From: an uncultured Methanobrevibacter sp.
GTDB lineage: Archaea > Methanobacteriota > Methanobacteria > Methanobacteriales > Methanobacteriaceae
DNA length: 32,000 nt
Direction: 5' to 3'
Assembly (NCBI GenBank): GCA_946541845.1
Contig: CAMNJW010000004.1
Coordinates: 2,837-34,836, forward strand
Positions 9,328 to 19,373 of this stretch are shown in pieces (the stretch's first letter is position 1; each line of letters starts with the position of its first letter). The notes beneath the pieces are model-generated. The model was not told where the DNA came from, did not search any database, and was given only the letters and a program-made list of their open reading frames with translations. A program made the position numbers and the translations under genes.

Positions 9328-10122
9328 TTATTTAAGAAATATTGGTGGAGTATCCCTTTTATGTTGAGAATTCTTGTTTAGATTGATTATTCGCTCCACT
9401 TCAGTAATATCTAACCCTAACTTTTTGGAAATTTCCTCTTCATCATTATTCTCATCAAGATAGAGGTACAATAATCTGTCAAGTACGTGATATGTCATAC
9501 CCAATTCCTTTTCATCCGTTTGATTAGGCAAAAGACCTGCCGTTGGTGGTTTTTCTATTATTTGTTCGGGAACACCTAATTCCTTTGCAACTGCCATCAC
9601 TTCTTCCTTGTACAAATCACCTATTGGAAGCATGTCCACTCCGCCATCACCGTGTTTTGTAAAGTATCCTACATTTAGCTCTGTTTTATTTCCTGTTCCT
9701 ATTACAAGTGATTTGTAAATTGTTGCATAATAATATAATATGGTCATTCTTAATCTTGGCTTTACATTTGAAGTTGCCAATGCAAGGTTGTTGTCTGGCT
9801 GTCCTTCATTAGAGAGTTCTTTCATGATGTTTTCATGAATTTCATCTATGCATATGCTTTCCCCTTCAATTTTAAGTTTTTCTTGAACTAGCTTTGCATC
9901 GTCTAAATCCTGTTGTGATGTTGTTTTTGTTGGAAGTATGTATCCTCTGACATTTGAGGAACCCAAAGCCTTAACTGCCAGGTATGCTACTACTGCAGAA
10001 TCTATTCCACCACTTAATCCCAGAACCACCCCGGTACAATGTGCATTTTTAACTTTTTCTTTTATAAAATCACATACGTTTTCAATGAAAATCTTAGCAT
10101 CAAAATCAGGTAAATCTATCAT
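9328..10122 (-). CDS. nadE: NH3-dependent NAD+ synthetase
   Basis: 264 aa. It has the PP-loop GLSGGIDSAV and family-typical GTGNKTELNVGYFTKHGDGGVD. No fused C-N hydrolase domain is present. Confidence 0.93.
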   Translation of the reverse strand: MIDLPDFDAKIFIENVCDFIKEKVKNAHCTGVVLGLSGGIDSAVVAYLAVKALGSSNVRGYILPTKTTSQQDLDDAKLVQEKLKIEGESICIDEIHENIMKELSNEGQPDNNLALATSNVKPRLRMTILYYYATIYKSLVIGTGNKTELNVGYFTKHGDGGVDMLPIGDLYKEEVMAVAKELGVPEQIIEKPPTAGLLPNQTDEKELGMTYHVLDRLLYLYLDENNDEEEISKKLGLDITEVERIINLNKNSQHKRDTPPIFLK

Positions 10123-10302
10123 ATCCTTTCATTCCAAATAGTTAATTAATGATAAATTTCTTTTTTATCAATAATATAATTAATGAAAATATTAAAATAA
10201 CAAAAGTTTATTAAATTAGAATGATAAAATATTATTAATAAAATATATGAAAAAACATGAAAAAAATATAAAAAAATACATTTTAATTAAACTAGGAGGT
10301 AA

Positions 10303-11289
<987 letters not shown>

Positions 11290-11306
11290 AATTTCATCCC
11301 CCCACC

Positions 11307-11334
11307 TTTTTTTTAAAAAATAAATATAAAAAAA
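11307..11334. terminator. Bidirectional oligo-T/oligo-A terminator between convergent genes
   Basis: A T8 run (11307-11314) follows the plus-strand gene. An A7 run (11328-11334), which is T7 on the minus strand, follows the minus-strand gene. Confidence 0.45.
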
Positions 11335-11339
11335 TAGAA

Positions 11340-12410
11340 TTATCGATATTTTTTTCTTTGATCCCATATTAATTTTAAGCTTTTTCTGCCGCCGTTGGAA
11401 TTGTCAAACATTCTCATATCCCTTGTTAACTCGGCAACTTTAATGCTTGCTTTGGAACCGTTTTTTATTAATCTTGAACCATGCGGCTTTTTCATATGTC
11501 CTACAGCATATTCTATGTCATATGCTGATACAACATCAATCCCCAATGATTGTGCCAGATCATTACTTGCATGTTGTGTATGGAATCCTAATAATTTAAC
11601 GCTAGGAACTGATAAGGCTCCAACTTCGATTGTAACGCCCATACCTGCACAGTATATTACTCCTTGTGAAGCATTCATCAAACTGATTAGATCAACATAT
11701 CCATCAATTACATAAACTCCTTTTCGGGTAATAAACTTACTGATTGATTTTGCTTCAAATCGATAAGGTATGATTAGTATGATCTTATCCAATTTTTGAA
11801 CTTCCTGAATGATTCGTGGAATGTCACTTGCCCTTGTATCTCCTCCTAAAAAGAGAACATAAAAATCATTTATACCATAATGCCTGTAAATCTCTTCAGG
11901 ATCCATGATTGGAACTCTGTTGACATATTCTGCTTGAGGATATCCCTTAATATTAACTGTATTGGTAATCCCATACATTTTTTTCAAGATTTTTTTAGCA
12001 TGCATGTTAGGTACCGTGATTAAATCTGCGTAGGCAATCATTTCTATAGGATTGTAGAGGTCCTGTTCGATGTGTAGTTTGGGGATTTTTAATTTTTTTG
12101 CTGCAGATATTCCTTTTCTGACATCTCCGGCATTTCCACAGGTTAACACCAATTCTGCATCAGCGGATTTTAGTGCTTTGTAAGTTCTAAAAGTATCCTG
12201 CAAAACCAATCTGCCAATAGTTAAATCACTACGTTTTGTAGTGGTGTTTCTTCTTCCTTTACCTATAGGCAAAACTTCAGAACTATACGGACGTAATAAT
12301 TTTTCTGCCCCTTCACTATGAGTTAAAGAAGTTATATTATCATTTAATTTTTCAATAACCGGAATCAACGTTTTGGCCGGCGCTGTTTCTGCCACTACTG
12401 CTATGTTCAT
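11340..12410 (-). CDS. Putative GT-B fold glycosyltransferase, MurG-like (GT28-like)
   Basis: 356 aa with a two-lobed Rossmann-like pattern. The C-terminal half has YVLFLGGDTRASDIP and LMNASQGVIYCAGMGVTIEVGALSVPSVKL, resembling the MurG donor-binding region (xxADlvIsrAGagTixExxaxGxPxixvP). The family call is by motif resemblance only. Its ATG (12408-12410) abuts the upstream stop (12411-12413). Confidence 0.55.
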   Translation of the reverse strand: MNIAVVAETAPAKTLIPVIEKLNDNITSLTHSEGAEKLLRPYSSEVLPIGKGRRNTTTKRSDLTIGRLVLQDTFRTYKALKSADAELVLTCGNAGDVRKGISAAKKLKIPKLHIEQDLYNPIEMIAYADLITVPNMHAKKILKKMYGITNTVNIKGYPQAEYVNRVPIMDPEEIYRHYGINDFYVLFLGGDTRASDIPRIIQEVQKLDKIILIIPYRFEAKSISKFITRKGVYVIDGYVDLISLMNASQGVIYCAGMGVTIEVGALSVPSVKLLGFHTQHASNDLAQSLGIDVVSAYDIEYAVGHMKKPHGSRLIKNGSKASIKVAELTRDMRMFDNSNGGRKSLKLIWDQRKKYR

Positions 12411-13517
12411 CTACACATCCCCCCTTTTAATTGATACTGAATATAAAATTATTATTATTGTAATTAAGAAGAACAACAGAACTACCAAATCGGTTGGTCC
12501 TGTTTCTATCCAAATAAATACGTGTGCAAGCAATATTGCATATAATCCTACGAAAACATTTCCCAATGATTTTTGAATCAGGTAAATGAAGTTCATTACT
12601 GCCCCTAATAAAAACATCTGAAGCAACATTGCATATAATCCAAAATCCAACAATGCCGGACCAAATATCATTGAGGTAGTTGAATGAGCATAACCCAGAG
12701 TTGTAGAGCCAACTATAACCCTCGGATCAGTAGATTTGAAAAATCCCATTAATGTATTGTATAACAATTGACCATGTGTACTTCCCTGTAAAACCACCGC
12801 ATGATCAAGTACCTGCAATGTATATCCTGCCCTGTAGAACAATAACTCCAATGGACTTAAAGTCCAGGTTTGCCATTCTATTGATTTTACAGCAACATAT
12901 CCCACGATTAACAATAGAATGAATATTGCAATGATAGCTAATAACAAATATTTCCATTTTAAATCTTTAGTGTAATATAATGTGATTAACATGCTTATTA
13001 CAATAGCCATAACGGTTGTTCTATAACCCGTAAATACAAACAGCACTAATCCGATAATAAATAGCAGATAATACTTTTTGTTATTGTATCTGGCCATCAG
13101 AATATTAATGGATGGTAAAAATATCAGATAGGATAACAGCCATATTCTTGTAGCTGCATGTGCTTTCAAATATCCGCTAAATAAAGGTATGCCACCCAAA
13201 TATATTAAATTAATCACTTGTAGGCAAATACCAACAATAACCAAAGACAGAAGTATTTTTTCTGAAAAAATCCTGTTTATCTTGGTTTCATTTAATGAAA
13301 ACTCTTTATTATTAAGTAGATACCTAGATAAACAAAGACCTCCCACATAAAATACTAAACCCAATCCTATAACGTATAATGTATTTATGTTTATGCCAAC
13401 TAACTCTTTTAAATGATAATTAAAGGCTATTTGTGAAAAAATTAGATAAACAACAACCAATAAGACAAAAACCAATGGTGAAAAAATATCAAACTTTTTG
13501 TAATTCATAACAATCAA
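12411..13517 (-). CDS. Polytopic membrane protein, Wzy-like oligosaccharide repeat-unit polymerase / O-antigen-ligase-like
   Basis: 368 aa with about 10-11 hydrophobic spans. A FTGYRTTVMAIVISML segment resembles the Wzy_C core. It has zero-spacer coupling to the MurG-like gene. Confidence 0.55.
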   Translation of the reverse strand: MIVMNYKKFDIFSPLVFVLLVVVYLIFSQIAFNYHLKELVGININTLYVIGLGLVFYVGGLCLSRYLLNNKEFSLNETKINRIFSEKILLSLVIVGICLQVINLIYLGGIPLFSGYLKAHAATRIWLLSYLIFLPSINILMARYNNKKYYLLFIIGLVLFVFTGYRTTVMAIVISMLITLYYTKDLKWKYLLLAIIAIFILLLIVGYVAVKSIEWQTWTLSPLELLFYRAGYTLQVLDHAVVLQGSTHGQLLYNTLMGFFKSTDPRVIVGSTTLGYAHSTTSMIFGPALLDFGLYAMLLQMFLLGAVMNFIYLIQKSLGNVFVGLYAILLAHVFIWIETGPTDLVVLLFFLITIIIILYSVSIKRGDV

Positions 13518-13621
13518 CCATAAAATAGTTTATTAGCATTCAATAAATACTAAACTATATAAGTATATCTTTATAAAGTGATATAAACATTTTATTTTAA
13601 TTAACAGATTTTGTGAACAAC

Positions 13622-15181
13622 ATGTCAAATAAAGTACTGAAAAATAGTTTTATACTGTTAATAGGTAACCTTTTGTTCAGATTAGGAGGATACATCAACC
13701 GGTTATTGATGAGCAGAATGCTTGGACCGGAAGGTTACGGTTTATATGGATTAACGTTACCTTTTCAGGGTATTTTCCAAATACTGTCTGCAGGAGGATT
13801 ACCACCTGCAATATCCAAATATGTGGCAGAGTATAATGCAAAGGATGAGAAAGCGTTAACAAGACAGGTTATTTTAACTGCAACCAAGTTTATGGTTTTG
13901 ATGGCCATATTGCTTAGTATAGTATTGCTGTTTTCATCAGACTTTATTGCCAACAACATTTTTCACAAGCCCCTTGTTGTATGGCCGTTAAGAGCTGTTA
14001 GTTTAATTACACCATTTAGTGTTATTGTTGGAGCCATGAGAGGGGCTTTTCAGGGTGTTTATAAAAATGAGTACACCGTTTACAATAGACTTGCTGAACA
14101 GGTAGCTACAATAGTCTTTGCTTGTGTATTTGTATATTGTGGATTGTATGCGATGGGTGCAGTCCTTGGTGGAGCCTTTGGTTTTATGGTTTCTGCACTT
14201 ACTGCCGTGGTTTTGTATAAGAAATATATCAGTCCGATTTTTTATTCTGAGGACTCCTTGAATTTAACTTTTAGGGAAGAGTTAAAACTGTTATGGATGT
14301 TAATACGTTTTGCAGTTCCAGTAGCCATTACTGCCCTTTCAGAAATGGCTATTTATGATGTGGGAACATTGGTTATTGGTTATTTCATGCTGTCATCCGA
14401 TGTGGGTTTTTATAATGCGGCAGATCCGATATCCAGAATTCCGTTAGTTATTTCATTGTCTGTTTCAACCGTTCTCTTACCTGCAACTGCTGAAGCATAT
14501 GCTTTAAAGAACCATAAACTATTACAGGAATATGTTAGCGACTGTTTACGATATAGTATTTTGACCGTGTTGCCATTATGTGTTTTAATAAGTGTATTCA
14601 GTACTCCTATCATCACATTATTATTTGGTGGCGCATATACTCAGGGATCAGGACCTTTAAGCATATTGGTTATTGGAATGTCCTTTTACAGCATTTACAT
14701 GATTTGCAGCAGTATCCTACAGGGAACAGGCAAACCAAGATTACCTATGATTATCTTATTGGTTGGTACATTGTTGAATGTTGTATTAAATGCCCTGTTT
14801 GTATCCAGAATGGGTATTATCGGTGCTGCAATAGCAACCACAATTACAACATTCCTCCTTATGCTTGTGATAATGTACTTTGTAATCAGAAATACGAAGA
14901 TATCCCTTCCATGGAAAAATATTGTAATGATAATAATGGCAAACATTATTTTGACAATAGTTTGTGTTCTTATTCCAAAAAGTATCATAGGATCAATATT
15001 TGGATTGATTATAGGTAGTGTTGCCTATGTTATTTCATTAATAATGCTTAAGGTCTTAACTAAAAGAGATTTGGACTTTTTTGCACGATATTTTAATAAA
15101 ATACCAGTGCTAAACAGGTTTAGTGAAAAGATAGTTAAATATATTGAAAAGAAAGAATTAATATATAAATTAGAAGATTAG
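13622..15181 (+). CDS. MOP-superfamily oligosaccharide flippase (Wzx/MurJ/polysaccharide biosynthesis protein family)
   Basis: About 519-522 aa with about 14 TM spans. The N-terminus LLIGNLLFRLGGYINRLLMSRMLGPEGYGLYGL is typical of PF01943-type flippases. The start is ATG 13622 or GTG 13613. Confidence 0.85.
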   Translation: MSNKVLKNSFILLIGNLLFRLGGYINRLLMSRMLGPEGYGLYGLTLPFQGIFQILSAGGLPPAISKYVAEYNAKDEKALTRQVILTATKFMVLMAILLSIVLLFSSDFIANNIFHKPLVVWPLRAVSLITPFSVIVGAMRGAFQGVYKNEYTVYNRLAEQVATIVFACVFVYCGLYAMGAVLGGAFGFMVSALTAVVLYKKYISPIFYSEDSLNLTFREELKLLWMLIRFAVPVAITALSEMAIYDVGTLVIGYFMLSSDVGFYNAADPISRIPLVISLSVSTVLLPATAEAYALKNHKLLQEYVSDCLRYSILTVLPLCVLISVFSTPIITLLFGGAYTQGSGPLSILVIGMSFYSIYMICSSILQGTGKPRLPMIILLVGTLLNVVLNALFVSRMGIIGAAIATTITTFLLMLVIMYFVIRNTKISLPWKNIVMIIMANIILTIVCVLIPKSIIGSIFGLIIGSVAYVISLIMLKVLTKRDLDFFARYFNKIPVLNRFSEKIVKYIEKKELIYKLED

Positions 15182-15202
15182 AACGTTAAAAGAGATGTTA
15201 AC

Positions 15203-15787
15203 ATGGCTAAAAATAGAAAGGTAAAATTAAGTAGAAAAACAAAAGAAACTGACATAACAATTGAATTAAACATTGATGGTAATGGAAAAAGCAATATAGA
15301 TACTGGATTAAAGTTTTTAGACCATATGCTTGAATCTTTTAGTAAACACGGATTTTTTGATTTGAATGTTAAGGCTGTTGGAGACATCGAAGTAGATGAT
15401 CACCATACTGTCGAGGATACAGCATTATTGCTTGGAGAATGTTTTAAAGAAGCATTAAGTGATAAAAAAGGAATAAACCGTATGGGTTTTAGTGTTGTAC
15501 CTATGGATGAGTCATTAGCCCAGGTTGCTGTAGACATTAGTGGAAGGAACTACACTGTTTTCAAAGCAAATTTCAAATACCAAAAAATAGGAGACATAAG
15601 TTCTGAAAACGTTAAACATTTCATTGAATCATTCGCAAATACGTCTCTCATGAACATAAATGTTAAAGCAGAAGGAGAAAATGACCATCATATTTGTGAA
15701 GCAATATTTAAAGCATTGGCTCGTTCTTTAAATACTGCAACAACAATTACTCATGATCAAATATTAAGTACTAAAGGAATATTATAA
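15203..15787 (+). CDS. hisB: Imidazoleglycerol-phosphate dehydratase
   Basis: 194 aa. Motifs are [29 protein letters not shown] and [16 protein letters not shown]7 run at 15789-15795 follows the stop. Confidence 0.95.
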   Translation: MAKNRKVKLSRKTKETDITIELNIDGNGKSNIDTGLKFLDHMLESFSKHGFFDLNVKAVGDIEVDDHHTVEDTALLLGECFKEALSDKKGINRMGFSVVPMDESLAQVAVDISGRNYTVFKANFKYQKIGDISSENVKHFIESFANTSLMNINVKAEGENDHHICEAIFKALARSLNTATTITHDQILSTKGIL

Positions 15788-15814
15788 CTTTTTTTACCTT
15801 TTACTCTCTTTTTT

Positions 15815-16645
15815 TTATTTATATGTATCAACCAAGGATTGTCTTACCCATACTGAGCCGTCTTTTGCGTGTGGTGTTCTTAAAACAGTGTCATTTGATT
15901 TTTCTATTTCTCGTGCTTCATCTGCCATTTTTGCTGCTGCAGACATTAATTCGTGAGACGCTGTTACTAATGGAATATACACATCAGGTTCATCTGTTTG
16001 GAAACATGCCTTGATATTCATTTCTGAGACCAAAGATGCCATATTGTATGCAGCTATTGCTTTACCCATTGCATATGGATTTTTAAAACCTGCATTGAAT
16101 ACTGCCAGTTCTGCCGTGACAACAAGTTGCGGTAATTCAATGTTTTCATTTTCGGTAATTTGTCCAAGTAACTTATCTATGGCTCCGGCAACCAAACGTA
16201 AAGTTCCCGTGACTGACAATACTTTCAAGACATCGGCATTAAACAGAGCCATTTCTGTAGGATCCAAAAATTCTCTTCTTGCACCTATCATTGCATCCGC
16301 ATGTATGAGTATGTATCCCAAATTCTTCTCTTTCATCCTGTTGATACTTTTTTCACCAGGTTTATCTCCTATGATTACTGTAGGAATGTCTTTTTTTGAT
16401 AATTCTTCCCATGCATTCCTTGGCTGAACAGCGTTAGGATTCGGAGTTATAAAAATCAGTAAATCAGGATTGAAATCAAATATTTTAGGCAATATTTCAT
16501 GTATTTGTTTTTTTCCCATTTTAGCCCCGGAACTTATTGTCCTGACATCAATATCTTGTCTGTCTGCCCGTTCATCCAATATCAAATCTATTATAGGGGA
16601 TGTTCCAATGTTTCCAACTTTAATTATTCCAATTTTCAATACCAT
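15815..16645 (-). CDS. mtd: F420-dependent methylenetetrahydromethanopterin dehydrogenase
   Basis: 276 aa. The N-terminus KIGIIKVGNIGTSPIIDLILDERADRQDIDVR and the overall length match Mtd. Confidence 0.95.
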   Translation of the reverse strand: MVLKIGIIKVGNIGTSPIIDLILDERADRQDIDVRTISSGAKMGKKQIHEILPKIFDFNPDLLIFITPNPNAVQPRNAWEELSKKDIPTVIIGDKPGEKSINRMKEKNLGYILIHADAMIGARREFLDPTEMALFNADVLKVLSVTGTLRLVAGAIDKLLGQITENENIELPQLVVTAELAVFNAGFKNPYAMGKAIAAYNMASLVSEMNIKACFQTDEPDVYIPLVTASHELMSAAAKMADEAREIEKSNDTVLRTPHAKDGSVWVRQSLVDTYK

Positions 16646-16676
16646 ATTTTCACACCATATCTTATATTATATTTAT

Positions 16677-18038
16677 TCATTTCCCATCAATTATAGATTG
16701 TGTAAAGTTATATGCAAAATCAGGTAAACATGACGTATGAGTATGTATATAACTGGCAACTGTTTTATTTTTTAGCAAACCATCATATTTTCCCGTGATT
16801 CCAACCCCACGTTTCATTTCGAATGCAAAATCGTTCTTGTTTGATCCCGTGTACTCTACCTTGGAATAATGGAACTCGTGACCGTGGTACTGCTGGCCTT
16901 TTTTAAGAATCGGGTTGTCCTGTATTACCTGTGCTATAGTATAACTTAATCCCTGTACTTTTTTGGTCAGCATGGATTTGTATGGAAATACGTCCACCAT
17001 CGGCAAATCATCTATGGATTTTGTAAGATACATCAATCCACCACATTCTGCATAAATCGGATTGTTGTCTTGTGAAAAATCCTTAATTGATTTCAACATG
17101 CTTTTGTTTTGGGATAATTCCTTCTTGAACACTTCCGGATATCCCCCTCCAATGTATAGTGCATCAACATCAGGCATTTCTTCATCATGTATCGGACTGA
17201 AAAAGACTAATTCTGCATTGTTTGCTTCCAATGCTTCCATGTTTTCCTGATAATAAAAGTTAAATGCCTCATCAAACGGTATTCCTATTCTTGTTTTTTC
17301 ATGAGTAGTATTATCCATCCATATCGGTTCATAATCATCAGTTATAGGTTTAGAATTATCCATTATTTCCACCAACATATCCAAATCTATGTTGTCTTCG
17401 ATTAATTCTCCCCATTTTTCTATTAAATGTTTTATACGTTCTTCTTCCACGGCAGGTATTAAACCCAAATGTCTCTGTTCCATAGTGATGGATTTGTCCC
17501 TGACTATTCCCCCGATTACAGGAGTATTTGCCAGTGTTTCAACAGCTTCTTTTGTTTTTAAATAATGTTTTTGACTTTTGACGTTGTTTAAGATTACTCC
17601 CTGAATGTTTATTTGATTATCCAATGCCTTGAATCCCAGAGTCATTGCAGCTGCACTTCTAACCAAACTTCTACTGTTTATTATAAGAATGACTGGTGCA
17701 TTTAATGCTTTGGCTATGGAGGATGTTGTTCCAACATCTGTTATGGGGCTGATTCCTTCATATAATCCCCTAACTCCTTCTATTATTCCATAATCAGCAT
17801 TACTTCTTTCCATACCCTGTTTGAAGGATTGTCTTATTTGTCCATTTGACATGAAAAATGAATCCAAATTTCGTGCATTGTTTCCTGTGGCACATTTATG
17901 ATATGATGGATCTATATAATCCGGCCCCACCTTAAATGATTGTATTTTATGTTTTTTTGACAAAGCCCTCATAATTCCTGTGGAAATGGTTGTTTTACCA
18001 ACCCCACTGCCTGTTCCAGATAATACTACTCGTTTCAT
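16677..18038 (-). CDS. Cobyrinate / Ni-sirohydrochlorin a,c-diamide synthase (CbiA/CfbB family); cannot be resolved further from sequence alone
   Basis: 453 aa with the canonical domain order. The N-terminal region has [13 protein letters not shown] and [13 protein letters not shown]. The C-terminal GATase has [10 protein letters not shown] and ASYIHTH. Confidence 0.9.
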   Translation of the reverse strand: MKRVVLSGTGSGVGKTTISTGIMRALSKKHKIQSFKVGPDYIDPSYHKCATGNNARNLDSFFMSNGQIRQSFKQGMERSNADYGIIEGVRGLYEGISPITDVGTTSSIAKALNAPVILIINSRSLVRSAAAMTLGFKALDNQINIQGVILNNVKSQKHYLKTKEAVETLANTPVIGGIVRDKSITMEQRHLGLIPAVEEERIKHLIEKWGELIEDNIDLDMLVEIMDNSKPITDDYEPIWMDNTTHEKTRIGIPFDEAFNFYYQENMEALEANNAELVFFSPIHDEEMPDVDALYIGGGYPEVFKKELSQNKSMLKSIKDFSQDNNPIYAECGGLMYLTKSIDDLPMVDVFPYKSMLTKKVQGLSYTIAQVIQDNPILKKGQQYHGHEFHYSKVEYTGSNKNDFAFEMKRGVGITGKYDGLLKNKTVASYIHTHTSCLPDFAYNFTQSIIDGK

Positions 18039-18222
18039 ATAATAACCTTTAATTTAATAATTGCAACAGCTTTTGATTATATATTATATTTCAAAAACAT
18101 CACATAAATTTTTTATGAATAACAAAAATACCTATATAAAATATGATATATAAAAAAAAGTACAAAAATAAATTATAGAATGTTTTTTTGTAAAAATTTG
18201 AGAAATTCAGTGAGAGATTGTG

Positions 18223-19365
18223 ATGGTTAACGAAAGAATAGTTGCATTATCTAATCAATTAAGAGAAGAAGGTGTGTCAGTTAGTGTTCGCAGTACTAAA
18301 ACAGCCTGCGATGTTTGGAACCTAATGAAAGGTTCTACTGATATAAAGGATATGCAATATGCACTTAAAACTGTTTATATTAAAGATACTCATGATGAAC
18401 AGAAGTTTGATGATATCTTCGAAGAATTGTTTGCAGAGCCCGAAGAAGGTGTCAAACATACAACCAAGGAAGAGTCTGACAGTCCATTTAAAGACCCCGC
18501 AATAGAACAGGAAGACATAATGGGCTTGCCTGATTCACAGATTAGTGAAATACCAATAGAACAGATGATTCCCCCTGAATTTGATGCTGAAAATTTACAA
18601 CAAAACAAGATTCATGAAAAAGATTTGTTGAAAAGCGATATCAACCATTTGAACACTTTTGATGAAAGAATAGTTGATTTATGCAGGAAATTAGGTAAAA
18701 AAATAGCAAACAGCAGAGCCCGAAGAAAAAGACTGATGAAATCAAATAACATCAATATGCCTCGTACCATACGTACAAATCTAAAGAATGGTGGTAAGTT
18801 AATAGATATTGTATATGCAAAACCAAAACTTAACAAAACCAAGCACATATTCCTGAATGATGTGAGCGGTTCATGTGATTGGATTAGTAACTGGTTTTTT
18901 TCAATAATCTACGGTTGTCAAAGGTCATTCGATAAGATTTCCTGTTTTGAATTTGACAGTAAAGTTATTGAAACAACAGATGCTTTGAAAACCGAATCCT
19001 ATGAAATTTCCTATGAGGCAGTTACTTTAAAGAAACTTCAAAGAGGAATGATACATGGACAATCAGATATGGCAGCATCATTTAAAGAGTTTTTAGCAAG
19101 AACACATCTTAATCACAGGACAACAGTCATAATATTAAGTGATTGTAGGGATTGGCAGGGAAAAAGAGAAGATGGTATCCTTGAAAGTGCAGTGATACTT
19201 AAGGAAATTGTTACTAAAAGCGCCAAAGTGTTGATTTTCAATCCCGAACCTGAAAGCAAATGGGACACCCCCACAAGCTGTGTGAGAGACTATCAAAATG
19301 CGGGTGCCGAAGTATATGAAATTAAAAATTTGGATCATTTAGCCAGATTAATAACTGATTTGTGA
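18223..19365 (+). CDS. VWA domain protein, CoxE-like
   Basis: About 380 aa. The N-terminal CoxE-type region is LSNQLREEGVSVSV...FDDIFEELF, followed by an acidic linker. The C-terminal VWA domain has the MIDAS motif DVSGS (18859-18873) and ILSDCRDW. The start is ATG 18223 or GTG 18220. Confidence 0.8.
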   Translation: MVNERIVALSNQLREEGVSVSVRSTKTACDVWNLMKGSTDIKDMQYALKTVYIKDTHDEQKFDDIFEELFAEPEEGVKHTTKEESDSPFKDPAIEQEDIMGLPDSQISEIPIEQMIPPEFDAENLQQNKIHEKDLLKSDINHLNTFDERIVDLCRKLGKKIANSRARRKRLMKSNNINMPRTIRTNLKNGGKLIDIVYAKPKLNKTKHIFLNDVSGSCDWISNWFFSIIYGCQRSFDKISCFEFDSKVIETTDALKTESYEISYEAVTLKKLQRGMIHGQSDMAASFKEFLARTHLNHRTTVIILSDCRDWQGKREDGILESAVILKEIVTKSAKVLIFNPEPESKWDTPTSCVRDYQNAGAEVYEIKNLDHLARLITDL

Positions 19366-19373
19366 GTGAGAAT

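Noticed and set aside
10235-10290. A-rich iterated ATGAAAAAA(C)ATGAAAAAAATATAAAAAAA segment upstream of the Get3-like gene, considered as a leader peptide or regulatory repeat.
   Set aside because: It would encode only a roughly 15-aa Lys-rich peptide with no Shine-Dalgarno. Runs like this are expected in roughly 80% AT intergenic DNA. It is more likely promoter or spacer sequence.
14578-15018. 146-aa alternative-frame ORF and a 97-aa antisense ORF inside the flippase gene.
   Set aside because: The Cys/Tyr/Asn/His-rich translation is what an out-of-frame reading of an AT-rich membrane-protein gene produces. The flippase frame is continuous and family-typical.
16011-16427. 138-aa plus-strand ORF antisense to mtd, plus 63-85-aa ORFs around 15823-16727.
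   Set aside because: They overlap a highly recognisable Mtd coding sequence. There is no independent evidence for them.
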